Source of the DNA: Octopus bimaculoides
Lineage: Eukaryota
Length of the DNA stretch: 38,301 nucleotides
Assembly: GCF_001194135.2 (NCBI RefSeq)
Contig: NC_068995.1
Location: 44,198,928 to 44,237,228 of the forward strand
Direction: 5' to 3'
Position 1 is the stretch's first letter; each line of letters begins with the position of its first letter. Under the pieces are notes generated by a model. That model searched no databases. It saw nothing but the letters and a program-made list of their open reading frames with translations, and was not told the origin of the DNA. The translations under genes were made by a program, and so were the position numbers. Shown piece after piece: positions 23,059 to 34,445 of the stretch.

Positions 23059-23371
23059 CTCTGTTACAGTTAATACCACAGTTGTAATCCTCTCTCCAGA
23101 AATGTCATCACAATAACATTTGTCTATGAAGCATGAGGTTGTCACCAAAACATTTTGCCATCTATGAGAACAATTGCGAAAATAGAAAAATATACAAGAG
23201 CTTCCATTGAAGCTTCCGTAATATGCGAAAATACCAGAGGAATAATCGGGTGTAAAGAAAACAAAGTATGTACAGAGACAGGCATCAACTTCTCAGTGGT
23301 TGTTGCTCTGGTATTAAAAGATTGTTAAAAAACAAAAATGCATATTTACCGAACTAATGTATAATCTGTAG

Positions 23372-23477
23372 ACAATCGAATCGGAGAGTGACAGTGTTAA
23401 TCCTTTCGGTCCTTTTATCGGCCGATAAAATAGCCATAAAATAGCCATAAAATAGCCATGCGCCAAAATTAGAAAGA

Positions 23478-23507
<30 letters not shown>
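23372..23507 (+). mobile_element. Family A SINE 3' fragment with internal deletion, 11-bp triplication and (ATT)n tail
   Basis: ATCCTTTCGG...GATAAAAT, ATAAAATAGCC x3 (23425-23457) and GCGCCAAAATTAGAAAGA, then (ATT)n. Confidence 0.65.
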
Positions 23508-23508
<1 letters not shown>

Positions 23509-25591
23509 TCGTTGTTGTTGTCGACATCATCATTATCATCGTCGTCGTCGTCCTTGCTTTTGTTGTTATATTTTGAGGAACTTCGTGTTCTAATTACTGC
23601 GTTTGTATTTAATTTTAAAAAAACATCGTTTGGTGGGGAGGATTACGGTTTGAATCAGTTGAACATTCATCATTTTTACTTTGCCTTAAGAAAAAAATGA
23701 TTTGTCGTTAAACGTTTTTTTTTTGTTTTGTTTTTTTTTTTTTTTTAGTTTGTGTATATCCGCTTGGTTGTACAACAAGTCTTCGTTATCTGGTTGACAA
23801 GTTTTGAAGAACTTCGAACAGCTGTTCGAATATTTGATAATACGAACAAACATTAATTTATAAAACACATCTAACAAACAAAAAGGAAAATTACACTTCA
23901 GCACGCGAACGCAGACATTTATACAACACAAAAATGGCAACTTCACAAACAACAAAATACAGAGAAAAAGTTAGCAAAAACAATAAATCATTTTGGCAAT
24001 GATACCTGCCAAAAAGTAACTCTGAAATGCGATGGTTCATCCACCCCCAACTTCAAACAAGAAAAAACGATGCAGAACAAGTATGTTCCAAAATGTTATC
24101 CCTTCTTGAATGACGATTTCATCAACGAAGTGGTGGGGGGAGACAAAAGTAACAAAGTTCTAATATAAAAAAAAGACGGAGGGACTTTTCAGCTTACCCT
24201 CAAATGAGCAGCTGAAAGAAATCTGACTGGTACGTGGAATACTTGAGGGCTTCTGTCGGTTGAGGAAGGATATATTAGACTGTATGCTTTCTCTTTAAGG
24301 TTGAGAATAATACGAGCCGAAAACTGCGTTAGTGCATGACACAGGAACATTTCACAACATATGGGTCAGCGAAACACAAGGGTTACAACAAGGTATTGTG
24401 ACATTGAATAACGATCAGCAAATTAGTTTATTTTGGAGAACTTTCAGCCCAGAGATGTGGATAATTTCCAGAAATCTGTATCCTGTCAGTGCAACCAAGA
24501 TATTTCTAGTTTATTCAAGCTCTACAGGTGCAGTAAGGGCCTCAACAGGCCCTGTATAAAATGTACGCTAAACGAAGAAACAGTTCAATATGCTGGCTTG
24601 TGGAATTGTGTTGGGTAGTTGCTGTCACGTGTAAGACGAATCTGACTATCAGGTGAATTTATAGGCCCATCACTTCTCTTCGATCGAAAAGTTTTCTTGT
24701 TTCATGGGTATGGTGGACAAGATGGAAAGGAAACGATTAAGACAATCCCTTTTCCGGCCAAACCCTCATCAGTTTTTCTAAGTTCCAGTTGGAGAGTAAT
24801 ATAAGGCTGAAAGAAGAGGGGTTGCCCTCCAATGGATTAACTGAAAAGTGAGAGCGGCGACAATTGACGACCGTAGGCCGGAGAATTTATTTGAGGCAAG
24901 GCACTTGTCAGAGTAATCTTCGTTGTCGGAGTAATCCTGGATTTGTGTCCGTTCTTTGATTTATCCTAGGTGAAAGCACTTCATTCTAACTGGAACGCCT
25001 CGTTCCATTTCTTTTGTATAGGATTTTTTCATCCTTGGTTCTATATATTTCGTTTGTTTTGTTTTTTCCTTTTTCTTTTTTTCATATTCGATTCAAAATT
25101 TATGCAATATGATAAAATAGATATTTAAAGATAGATACGATATAGTTTCATAGAAAAGACTAAGGTGGAAAATCATATATATANNNNNNNNNNNNNNNNN
25201 NNNNNNNNNNNNNNNNNNNNNNNNNNNNNNNNNNNNNNNNNNNNNNNNNNNATATATATATAAGGCCGACAGGAAGCGGTCCAGCTTCCTGGGGCTAAAC
25301 AGCAGTAGTATATTCCCTTATTGGGATTGCCACATTAAGTTGACAATATACAACAACTTTATCGCATCACTACTGCTTAAATCTCTCTGAGAGATTTAGA
25401 AATGTGTTATATATATATATATATACGTGTATGTGTGCGCGTGCGTTTATATCAAGTTTCATATAAAAGCAATTTGGCATAAAACTCATTACCTTTTAGT
25501 TGAGTTCATGTTCATTAGATTTTACAAGGTTAGGGTTGACAGTAACATCAATGTTTTAGCTTGCTTGCCTTCGTCATATACATATACATAA

Positions 25592-25626
<35 letters not shown>

Positions 25627-25912
25627 CGTATGTATACATATATACACACGTATGTGAGTGTGTATACATGATTTGAAAAGTTCCTTACTAATATGATCAG
25701 CCTGACGAAAAGCGATAGTTCCTTCACAAAATATTGTCGACTCTCTAATAACTCTCAGTTTATTTATTATTGTAGTTTCATGTTCGAGTTTGTATCGTTT
25801 TTGTTTTTTTTTACTTTATTTCTTTATGACTCACTCCGATGTAGAAGGATGAGTCCATGGCTCTGGCAATCCTTTCGAGACAGCTATTTAATGTTTTCTT
25901 TAGATGGTTTCC

Positions 25913-26357
25913 TGATGACAAGCAGACATTCTGGCACAAAGGACTGGGCGTAATGATTAGCTTGAGGTCAGGAGCTGGGGCACAATATGGCCAACAAGAT
26001 AAAGCGAGACGAGTGAGTAGGAACTGATTAATTGTGGGAGGTACGAGAACAACCAGTCCCAGTGAGCATAGGCCACTCCAGTAGCAGCAACAGAGTAAGA
26101 GGGAAGAGACAGCACGTCTATGAGATTAGAGCTTGGAGCGTGTTTGTGAATAACTTCTTGTTGGTTAGCCCTGAGGTCTTTCTGTGATATGCTTTAATAT
26201 GGCTGTATTAAATGTAATAATTTGATTTATTGCACTCAAAGAAACCTTATCTTTTAAATTGTTTAGTTGAAGCAGTTCTAGTGAGAAAGTCTGGAAGATT
26301 TTTGCCTCAAGCTGTGATTGTTTTATTAGTCATAGAACATCGTAATCGGTTAAAACA
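25913..26357. mobile_element. Possible solo LTR (445 bp)
   Basis: TG...CA termini (TGATGACAAG ... GGTTAAAACA), flanks TTCC and TTCT (4 bp, one mismatch), a GC-richer 5' half and an internal ATTAAA. No second LTR or internal domain is present. Confidence 0.25.
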
Positions 26358-26508
26358 TTCTAAATATTGACACTTTCAAAGTATTTTGTATGTAAGAAAG
26401 TCAATGCAACTCTCGCAGGCAGTTATTAATAGTTCCTAGAATTGAGACATTTATAAGTAGAGATGCCTTAACAAAAATTTGTGTTAGTGTTCTGTTTTTA
26501 CATTGCAG

Positions 26509-26664
26509 TTGATATGTACTGGCACACTCCATGATGCCGTGGTCGCTGCCGTCTTTACAAAATTTTCTGTTGTCGTCGTCGTCGCCATTATCTTTGCTAC
26601 TCTTTGTGATGTGTACTTCAAATTCACGTACAGAAAAATATGTCACAGAAAAGTAGTCACATGA
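26509..26664 (+). CDS. Candidate terminal coding exon encoding a hydrophobic (TM-like) segment and a basic tail
   Basis: Acceptor GTTCTGTTTTTACATTGCAG ends at 26508. Phase 0 reads LICTGTLHDAVVAAVFTKFSVVVVVAIIFATLCDVYFKFTYRKICHRKVVT*. The poly-Val comes from a (GTC)n run, so the match may be chance. Confidence 0.2.
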   Translation: MICTGTLHDAVVAAVFTKFSVVVVVAIIFATLCDVYFKFTYRKICHRKVVT

Positions 26665-26885
26665 TAACTTCAATGACTATTTAATGAGTTGTTTCTTTTT
26701 TTTTGTTATTGCTTTCATGCATAATGAAGTTTGCTTCTCAACCATTTGATCTTGTGTTAAGTTCCACAACGCGGCACGTTGTGCGTTGGGCAAATGTCTT
26801 ACATCGACCCTAATACTCATCTGGAACTTATTTTATCGATACCTAAAGAACGAAAGGCAAAGTTGACCGCGGTGAGTCACAGACT

Positions 26886-27609
26886 TGTCCTTACAACCAC
26901 CCACTAGACTTTATATTTTCAATCACCACTGATGCATGTCATTAAAACCATCACGGAGTCATGTCATTACCAAGAATTGTCAGACCTCATAACGATCAGC
27001 ATTGAGCTGTTTCATTGCTGCCACAACAGCAGTCATTGAGATTTCATTTCAGAGATGGTTGGTGTTATGAGAGATGTCTCGTTACAGCTATCACTGATCT
27101 GAATCCTTGAGAACACGGTGGAAGAGGTTCGTTATAAACACTAATAGTCGTGTAGTTACAATCCCTTCTTAGATTTTTCGATACACCAAACATTGAGCCA
27201 GCTTTGTTATATGTACCGTTCACTGAGTCATAATAGTAATCTCTGAGATAACATTGCAAATACCACTGAGCATGATCATTACAAGCTACCACTGAGCAAT
27301 GTCGCGTAAACCACCATATGACGTTTAAACAACTACTGAGGAGTGTCATTTAAATAATCACTGGGCAGTGTCATGTAATGCACCACTGAGATGTATCCTT
27401 TAAGCCATCACTGAGTTATGTCATTTAAACCACTATTGACCAGTATGATGTAAGTCATCACGAAAATGTGTCATTCACATCATGTGTCATTTACACAACC
27501 ACTGAGTTGAGTCATTTATACAACCACAGAGCTGAGTCATTTAAACTATCACACAGTTGTATCATAAGCTTTACCAATGAGTCTTGTCATTTAAACCATC
27601 ATTCCGTTA
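26886..27609. repeat. Degenerate 25-bp minisatellite, consensus approximately TGTCATTTAAACCACCACTGAGTTG
   Basis: Exact 25-bp units start at 27319, 27344, 27369, 27394, 27419, 27444, 27485, 27510, 27535, 27560 and 27585. A second block has units at about 26886, 26912 and 26937, with eroded units in between. Confidence 0.88.
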
Positions 27610-28535
27610 TTTTGTTACAACCAATGTACTTTCTCATATAAGCTTTCAGCTTTTGGAAATTTTCAACGACTATTAAATACTTTAAAGCTATTTTCCTATT
27701 ATTTGTTTATTTACTTACTTATTTACATATTCATTTATCTATTTATTTAATATTTCGCATAACCGTTTGCGTTGTTTCACTAATTTATGTTTCTCTTTCA
27801 TAATTTTATAGGTTTGATCTTTTTAAATAGTTAGTTATGGTCTCACTGGACATATACCGTCATATAAATCTATATATATATATATAGTTATGGTCTGACA
27901 TGTACATGTACATATACACATATACAGACAGATGAGGATATANNNNNNNNNNNNNNNNNNNNNNNNNNNNNNNNNNNNNNNNNNNNNNNNNNNNNNNNNN
28001 NNNNNNNNNNNNNNNNNNNNNNNNNNNNNNNNNNNNNNNNNNNNNNNNNNNNNNNNNNNNNNNNNNNNNNNNNNNNNNNNNNNNNNNNNNNNNNNNNNNN
28101 NNNNNNNNNNNNNNNNNNNNNNNNNNNNNNNNNNNNNNNNNNNNNNNNNNNNNNNNNNNNNNNNNNNNNNNNNNNNNNNNNNNNNNNNNNNNNNNNNNNN
28201 NNNNNNNNNNNNNNNNNNNNNNNNNNNNNNNNNNNNNNNNNNNNNNNNNNNNNNNNNNNNNNNNNNNNNNNNNNNNNNNNNNNNNNNNNNNNNNNNNNNN
28301 NNNNNNNNNNNNNNNNNNNNNNNNNNNNNNNNNNNNNNNNNNNNNNNNNNNNNNNNNNNNNNNNNNNNNNNNNNNNNNNNNNNNNNNNNNNNNNNNNNNN
28401 NNNNNNNNNNNNNNNNNNNNNNNNNNNNNNNNNNNNNNNNNNNNNNNNNNNNNNNNNNNNNNNNNNNNNNNNNNNNNNNNNNNNNNNNNNNNNNNNNNNN
28501 NNNNNNNNNNNNNNNNNNNNNNNNNNNNNNNNNNN

Positions 28536-28595
<60 letters not shown>

Positions 28596-28881
28596 GAGAT
28601 AATGTATTTAAAGATATGTTATATGTATTGCATAAACAAGAAAACCACCTGGGAAGGTGGTTCTGCTGGTTTAGATAAATACACTTTTGTACGTATGTAG
28701 GTATGTAGGTATGTAAATAAGTATATATACATGTACGTATATGTCAGTGTGTATGTATGTATATGTCTACGTATATAGGGCTATATATACTTATATATGT
28801 GTACATATGTATGTGTACTTAATTATACTTGATATACGTATTTATATACATTCATAAATATATACGTGTGTGTGTATGTGT

Positions 28882-28945
<64 letters not shown>

Positions 28946-28985
28946 ATATATGTATGTATGTATGCATATAAGTATGTTTGTATGT
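28536..28985. repeat. (AT)n, (GTAT)-like and (GT)n microsatellite mosaic
   Basis: Direct reading. Confidence 0.9.
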
Positions 28986-29718
28986 ATGTATAAGCTGAGA
29001 GATACACTCGAAAACATCCAAAGTATACAATAAGATCAATGGTTCTCTCAATGAACTGTGCGACTCGATGGCGCGTGTATTCCAGTTGAATTGACAAAAC
29101 TGAGAATGAGATATGTTTTCGGTTTTTTTTTTGTTTTTTGTTTTTTGTTTTGGACATGGTGCAGCCGACTGATACTGAAAGCAGATGTACAAAAGATAAA
29201 ATAAATACAGCAAGAGAAATTGATTTTGCTCGGTAAAACAATTTAAGTAAATGCTGTAAGTTTTCATTATATTTTTTTCCAGCTTCTTGCAGAATGTGAC
29301 TCCAAGCCACATATCTAGTGTGCAATTCGTAGCGGCTTCCAGAAATACTACTTATTTTCAATCCATTAAAAATAATCCTTGAAAAGCGAATNNNNNNNNN
29401 NNNNNNNNNNNNNNNNNNNNNNNNNNNNNNNNNNNNNNNNNNNNNNNNNNNNNNNNNNNNNNNNNNNNNNNNNNNNNNNNNNNNNNNNNNNNNNNNNNNN
29501 NNNNNNNNNNNNNNNNNNNNNNNNNNNNNNNNNNNNNNNNNNNNNNNNNNNNNNNNNNNNNNNNNNNNNNNNNNNNNNNNNNNNNNNNNNNNNNNNNNNN
29601 NNNNNNNNNNNNNNNNNNNNNNNNNNNNNNNNNNNNNNNNNNNNNNNNNNNNNNNNNNNNNNNNNNNNNNNNNNNNNNNNNNNNNNNNNNNNNNNNNNNN
29701 NNNNNNNNNNNNNNNNNN

Positions 29719-29769
<51 letters not shown>

Positions 29770-30569
29770 CATATATCCATAAACATATATATGTATGTAT
29801 CTGTGTATGTACGTATGTTTGTATGTTATTATGCTTGCATGTATATTATTCGCCGATAATTTATAATACCTTGAAGGCTAAGAGTTTCGTACTAACGCTC
29901 TTGTTAAACAGTGATAAAGCATCAGCAGTAAACAAAGATCATACAGTCCTTGAAGCGTTTCAGCTAATAACACTGTTATGGGGATGATAATGATAATAAT
30001 GGAATACCTCTCCCACGTGACGAGTGGTATGTGCTGTCGTTACAAATACTATGACGTAAGAAGCCGAGTCTTCGGGAAGTCGGCGAAGTCAGTCATAGAT
30101 AATCGTGTTTCTACTTGTCTAACTAACCTATACTATTGTCGGCTCCAGCTCGTATCCGAGCATTGGGTTCGTCAGTTTCTATCCAGTCTCCTCGGCTGAT
30201 GTTTGTGCCGAATGTGACTTTGGAGTCCAGAGTCGTCGACAGAAGTAGTCTGGATATACATATATACTAGGAGGCGTCAACTTCCTTGTTGTACTGATTG
30301 TATAAAATATTTTCCACAAAGGAACGAAATTCGTCCCTAAGCAAGGGGGGAATTAGCAGAAAAGACGAACCTTGCTAAAGCAGGCAATGTGTCCAGAAGA
30401 CACAAAAAGCTACAAAAGTTGTATAACAGTTCAATAAGCAACGATAATCCCAAAAGGGGAAGACCTACAATTAAACGAGAGAAGCAGAAAAACACCCGAA
30501 AATATATAACAGAACGTTATTAACGCAATCCAAAATTGGTTAAATTCGTAGAACGCATACAAATTCTGT

Positions 30570-30602
30570 GTATGTATATATTTATATGTATGTGTGTATG
30601 AG

Positions 30603-30691
<89 letters not shown>

Positions 30692-31250
30692 NNNNNNNNN
30701 NNNNNNNNNNNNNNNNNNNNNNNNNNNNNNNNNNNNNNNNNNNNNNNNNNNNNNNNNNNNNNNNNNNNNNNNNNNNNNNNNNNNNNNNNNNNNNNNNNNN
30801 NNNNNNNNNNNNNNNNNNNNNNNNNNNNNNNNNNNNNNNNNNNNNNNNNNNNNNNNNNNNNNNNNNNNNNNNNNNNNNNNNNNNNNNNNNNNNNNNNNNN
30901 NNNNNNNNNNNNNNNNNNNNNNNNNNNNNNNNNNNNNNNNNNNNNNNNNNNNNNNNNNNNNNNNNNNNNNNNNNNNNNNNNNNNNNNNNNNNNNNNNNNN
31001 NNNNNNNNNNNNNNNNNNNNNNNNNNNNNNNNNNNNNNNNNNNNNNNNNNNNNNNNNNNNNNNNNNNNNNNNNNNNNNNNNNNNNNNNNNNNNNNNNNNN
31101 NNNNNNNNNNNNNNNNNNNNNNNNNNNNNNNNNNNNNNNNNNNNNNNNNNNNNNNNNNNNNNNNNNNNNNNNNNNNNNNNNNNNNNNNNNNNNNNNNNNN
31201 NNNNNNNNNNNNNNNNNNNNATATATATATATATATATGTATATATATTA
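30570..31250. repeat. (CA)n and (AT)n microsatellites spanning a 529-N gap
   Basis: Direct reading. Confidence 0.9.
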
Positions 31251-31962
31251 TTTGCCAGCGTATATTTATATTACTCAATGAATTTTTCTTTATGTATGCG
31301 TAATTGCTCTCACATGGGTGTATGTGTATGTGTACGCGTGTGCGTGTGTATTTATTTCTGTATGAAAGAAGTATCCGATGGGCACCTCTTAATTTATTCT
31401 ACTCTGACCAAACTACCAACAACACTTCGCGTTGTCCAATACACACATACACGCACACCCCTTCCCCTCCATTCTCATCCCAATGTTGCAATTCCTCTGT
31501 TACTTCCCCGGTCTCCATCCTTTTATGTCAAATCACCTCTTCCTATTATTGCCACCACCGACAACACCACCCCCCACCAATGAACAATCATTCATTTTAT
31601 CATAGCAGTTGGCTTAGGAATCTCTATATCAAAATCCCTTGTTATAAAGAACAGATAAACGAGCATCTCTTAAATCTCCCTTACACCGTACCTAACCGTC
31701 TTAAAAATAAAAAAAATGAAATGATACGTTTACAGATGTAATTCAAGGTACACTGCGTCTAAATAGTATTTGGAAAAGGCAACAGGAAGTATACAGTGAA
31801 ATTGCTGCGCGAACTGGAATATCGAATATTTCGTACAGATTCTTCCTACAAGGTAAAGATAACAGGTGGGGAATATACCAAATACAACTGAATTGTACAT
31901 CCTCTATGTGTGAGGAACTGGCTGTAAAACACTGCTGTTTTTGCTGTTTTTTGCTGTTTTTC

Positions 31963-32005
31963 GTTACGGGGACGTAAACACACCAGCATCGGTCGTCAAG
32001 CAATG
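31963..32005 (-). mobile_element. Family B SINE internal fragment
   Basis: The reverse complement CATTGCTTGACGACCGATGCTGGTGTGTTTACGTCCCCGTAAC matches the body of the copies at 15026 and 16265. Confidence 0.8.
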
Positions 32006-32179
32006 TTTATCAGGAAAGTTTAATAAGTAACCGTGAATTAAACGGAATTAAACAGATCGCCTGAGCTGATCTCCGATTGACCCAGCGTAACTGTACCTGT
32101 AAAGGCTGTTTAAACCTAATGACATTCTCTGATCTAGTTCTGTTGGCTTCTTTCAAGTTTTTTGTATTATTATTATGAC

Positions 32180-32317
32180 TGAGTGAGAGAGGAGCGCATT
32201 CCATCAAAGTGACACTGGGGTACACATATACGAAGCCCAATATAGCCATCATAGCTACTCGTACAATCAGTTAAGATCAGAAGCCATGAGAGTCACTGCC
32301 TGGTACTGCATCAAAGC

Positions 32318-32320
<3 letters not shown>
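32180..32320 (-). mobile_element. Short (TAA)n-flanked interspersed repeat, probably an internally deleted copy of a longer element
   Basis: Bounded by (ATT)n on both sides. The termini ATGCTTTGATGCAGTACCAGG and CTCTCTCACTC resemble, from memory, the two ends of a longer high-copy octopus repeat; this is not verified. Confidence 0.5.
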
Positions 32321-32354
<34 letters not shown>

Positions 32355-32572
32355 TTATGTTTGACTTTTGTTTTGCATTTGTACAAGTTGGATCCAAGTC
32401 TCACCCAGAGACCTCAAGAGACAACAAGTTAGAAGTTCATGTAGGTGTTATGCCTAGGGTACCATATATTTGGATTTGTACAGTTTTGTTCAAGTGAATG
32501 TTTAAGAAACCATAAGAAAATTATGTGTTTGTTTTAAAATTTGAGATCACATAGACAGTATTTTACGTAGGA

Positions 32573-32573
<1 letters not shown>
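32355..32573 (-). mobile_element. Extremely 5'-truncated R4/Dong-like LINE (last codons, 3' UTR and (TAA)n tail)
   Basis: The minus strand reads ILRKILSM*, the typical TAHILRKxLS C-terminus of RLE elements, then about 190 bp of UTR and (TAA)n; (TAA)n also lies at the 5' junction. Confidence 0.75.
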
Positions 32574-32627
<54 letters not shown>

Positions 32628-32649
32628 GTTATTATTATTATTATTATTA

Positions 32650-32826
32650 AGGCGGTGAACCGGCAGAATCGTTATCGCACCGGAAAAATGCTTGGCGGCA
32701 TTTCTTCCAACTATACGCTCTGAGTTCAATTTCGATGAATTAAGAACCATACAAATACTACAGTCGGTGTAATCTCGACTAACCTCCTCCACACAAATGT
32801 TAAGCCTTGTGCCTGTAATAGAAAGG

Positions 32827-32866
<40 letters not shown>
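32650..32866 (+). mobile_element. Family A SINE (internally deleted) with (ATT)n tail
   Basis: GGCGGTGAACCGGCAGAATCGTTA...TCTGAGTTCAATTTCG...GCCTTGTGCCTGTAATAGAAAGGATT(ATT)n. Confidence 0.88.
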
Positions 32867-32868
<2 letters not shown>

Positions 32869-33318
32869 TCGCCTTATTTTTTGTCATGTGTTTTCACTAC
32901 ACTACCGAGTACACCTCTGTGTGCTTCGGGTATGTGCTGCTGTGATGCTTTCATGTTCACTGTATTGAATGTGTTTTACGTACGATGTGTGCGGCGCATA
33001 GTAGTTCTATTTTCTGTATGTTATATATACTTGTAAGTCCTGGTATTTTTGGTCCGTCTTTGTCTGAATGTTTTTTTTATCATATCTAATGTGCCTACTA
33101 TAATAGGAATTGTTTCTGCTTTTAGGCCACACATTCGAGTCACCTTTATTTCCAGATCTTTGCATTTTGAAAGTTTCTCCGTTTCTTTCAGAGAAACATT
33201 GTCATCTATTGGTATTGATATATCGATTAGAAAACATTTTTTTCTTGATGATCTCTGACAACTATATCAGGCCTATAAGCCTTAATTTCTCTATGTGTGT
33301 ATTGGCATATCCTAGAGT
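32866..33318 (-). mobile_element. R4/Dong-like LINE 3' end (RLE endonuclease domain plus 3' UTR), second lineage, running into a gap
   Basis: The minus strand reads RPDIVVRDHQEKKCFLIDISIPIDDNVSLKETEKLSKCKDLE...IPIIVGTLDMIKK, then after a frameshift IQKIELLCAAHIVRKTHSIQ*, then a UTR and (TAA)n. Confidence 0.92.
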
Positions 33319-34405
33319 NNNNNNNNNNNNNNNNNNNNNNNNNNNNNNNNNNNNNNNNNNNNNNNNNNNNNNNNNNNNNNNNNNNNNNNNNNNNNNNNNN
33401 NNNNNNNNNNNNNNNNNNNNNNNNNNNNNNNNNNNNNNNNNNNNNNNNNNNNNNNNNNNNNNNNNNNNNNNNNNNNNNNNNNNNNNNNNNNNNNNNNNNN
33501 NNNNNNNNNNNNNNNNNNNNNNNNNNNNNNNNNNNNNNNNNNNNNNNNNNNNNNNNNNNNNNNNNNNNNNNNNNNNNNNNNNNNNNNNNNNNNNNNNNNN
33601 NNNNNNNNNNNNNNNNNNNNNNNNNNNNNNNNNNNNNNNNNNNNNNNNNNNNNNNNNNNNNNNNNNNNNNNNNNNNNNNNNNNNNNNNNNNNNNNNNNNN
33701 NNNNNNNNNNNNNNNNNCCTCCTCCTGAGCTGTGTGCCTTCACAATGGGAGTAATCATTCAATAATTCTATGGGAAAGACATGAATGCTGCGGCAGCATT
33801 GTTTCTTCACTGCATATCCAGATAAAGGAAAATGTATGTCGCTTATGCGGTGAACGATTCTGAATGATAATAAACAAGTTCCCTTCTCTAACATCACTAC
33901 CACCTTCCTCCTCATGACCAGTATCGTTATGACACCTTAATCACATAAAAATATTTGGGTGGTTAAGTGAAAAACCAGAATCACTTTATGATACGCAAGT
34001 GTAACAACGAGATATTTGCATGACATTTCTTTAACATAACGAATCATTAATATTTGGTTGGTCTTATTAACTTGAAGCGCCGATGGAATGGAAGTTTGTG
34101 ATATTCATGACATTTTGAGAGATAATGCTTTCATTAGAAATGGAGCCAGAAGAGATCACTCGTTCAACATGTACTAGAAATGCCATTAAAAACCGTAGTA
34201 ACTGTATAAATATAAAACCATGACAATAATTAGTTTAGCGAAGCATATTATATGCTGAAAAGAACTTAAGTCTTGTTAAGGATGCTATGAAAAGTTATCG
34301 AGTAAAAGGGACATAAATATGCAAAGACCTGTTACTGGATCGCTAATCTTCGCCAGTTTTCGCTTCACACCTTGCTATTAGATATAAATGCTCAACAGAG
34401 GAGAG

Positions 34406-34445
34406 ATGTTAAGAAGTGGCACTGTTTTTGTTTTACTCTCGTTGG
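34406..34445 (+). CDS. Candidate first coding exon (signal peptide) of a secreted or membrane protein
   Basis: GAGAG ATG TTA AGA AGT GGC ACT GTT TTT GTT TTA CTC TCG TTG G|GTAAGC reads MLRSGTVFVLLSL(G), with a purine at -3, a consensus phase-1 donor, and an in-frame TAA at 34385-87 upstream. No compatible next exon was found in the window. Confidence 0.3.

Larger units (their letters stand above)
9258..33717. other. Nine assembly gaps: 9258-9911, 13797-14161, 18076-18695, 19035-19245, 25184-25251, 27943-28535, 29392-29718, 30692-31220, 33319-33717
   Basis: N-runs totalling 3766 nt, most abutting simple repeats. ORFs crossing them are artefacts, and exons could be hidden inside them. Confidence 0.99.

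Noticed and set aside
22460-23148. MYVC/HTYI repeat ORFs
   Set aside because: They are translations of the (CATA)n microsatellite.
24433-24618. Cys-containing ORF (SCQC...RC...PCIKC)
   Set aside because: It matches no known domain spacing, has no clear splice or start context, and its length is within chance.
25378-25398. 10-bp-arm palindrome TAAATCTCTC-T-GAGAGATTTA
   Set aside because: It is isolated and of low complexity, with no associated feature.
26886-27609. CRISPR-like appearance of the 25-bp periodic array
   Set aside because: Units are contiguous degenerate copies with no unique spacers, there are no cas genes, and the context is eukaryotic.
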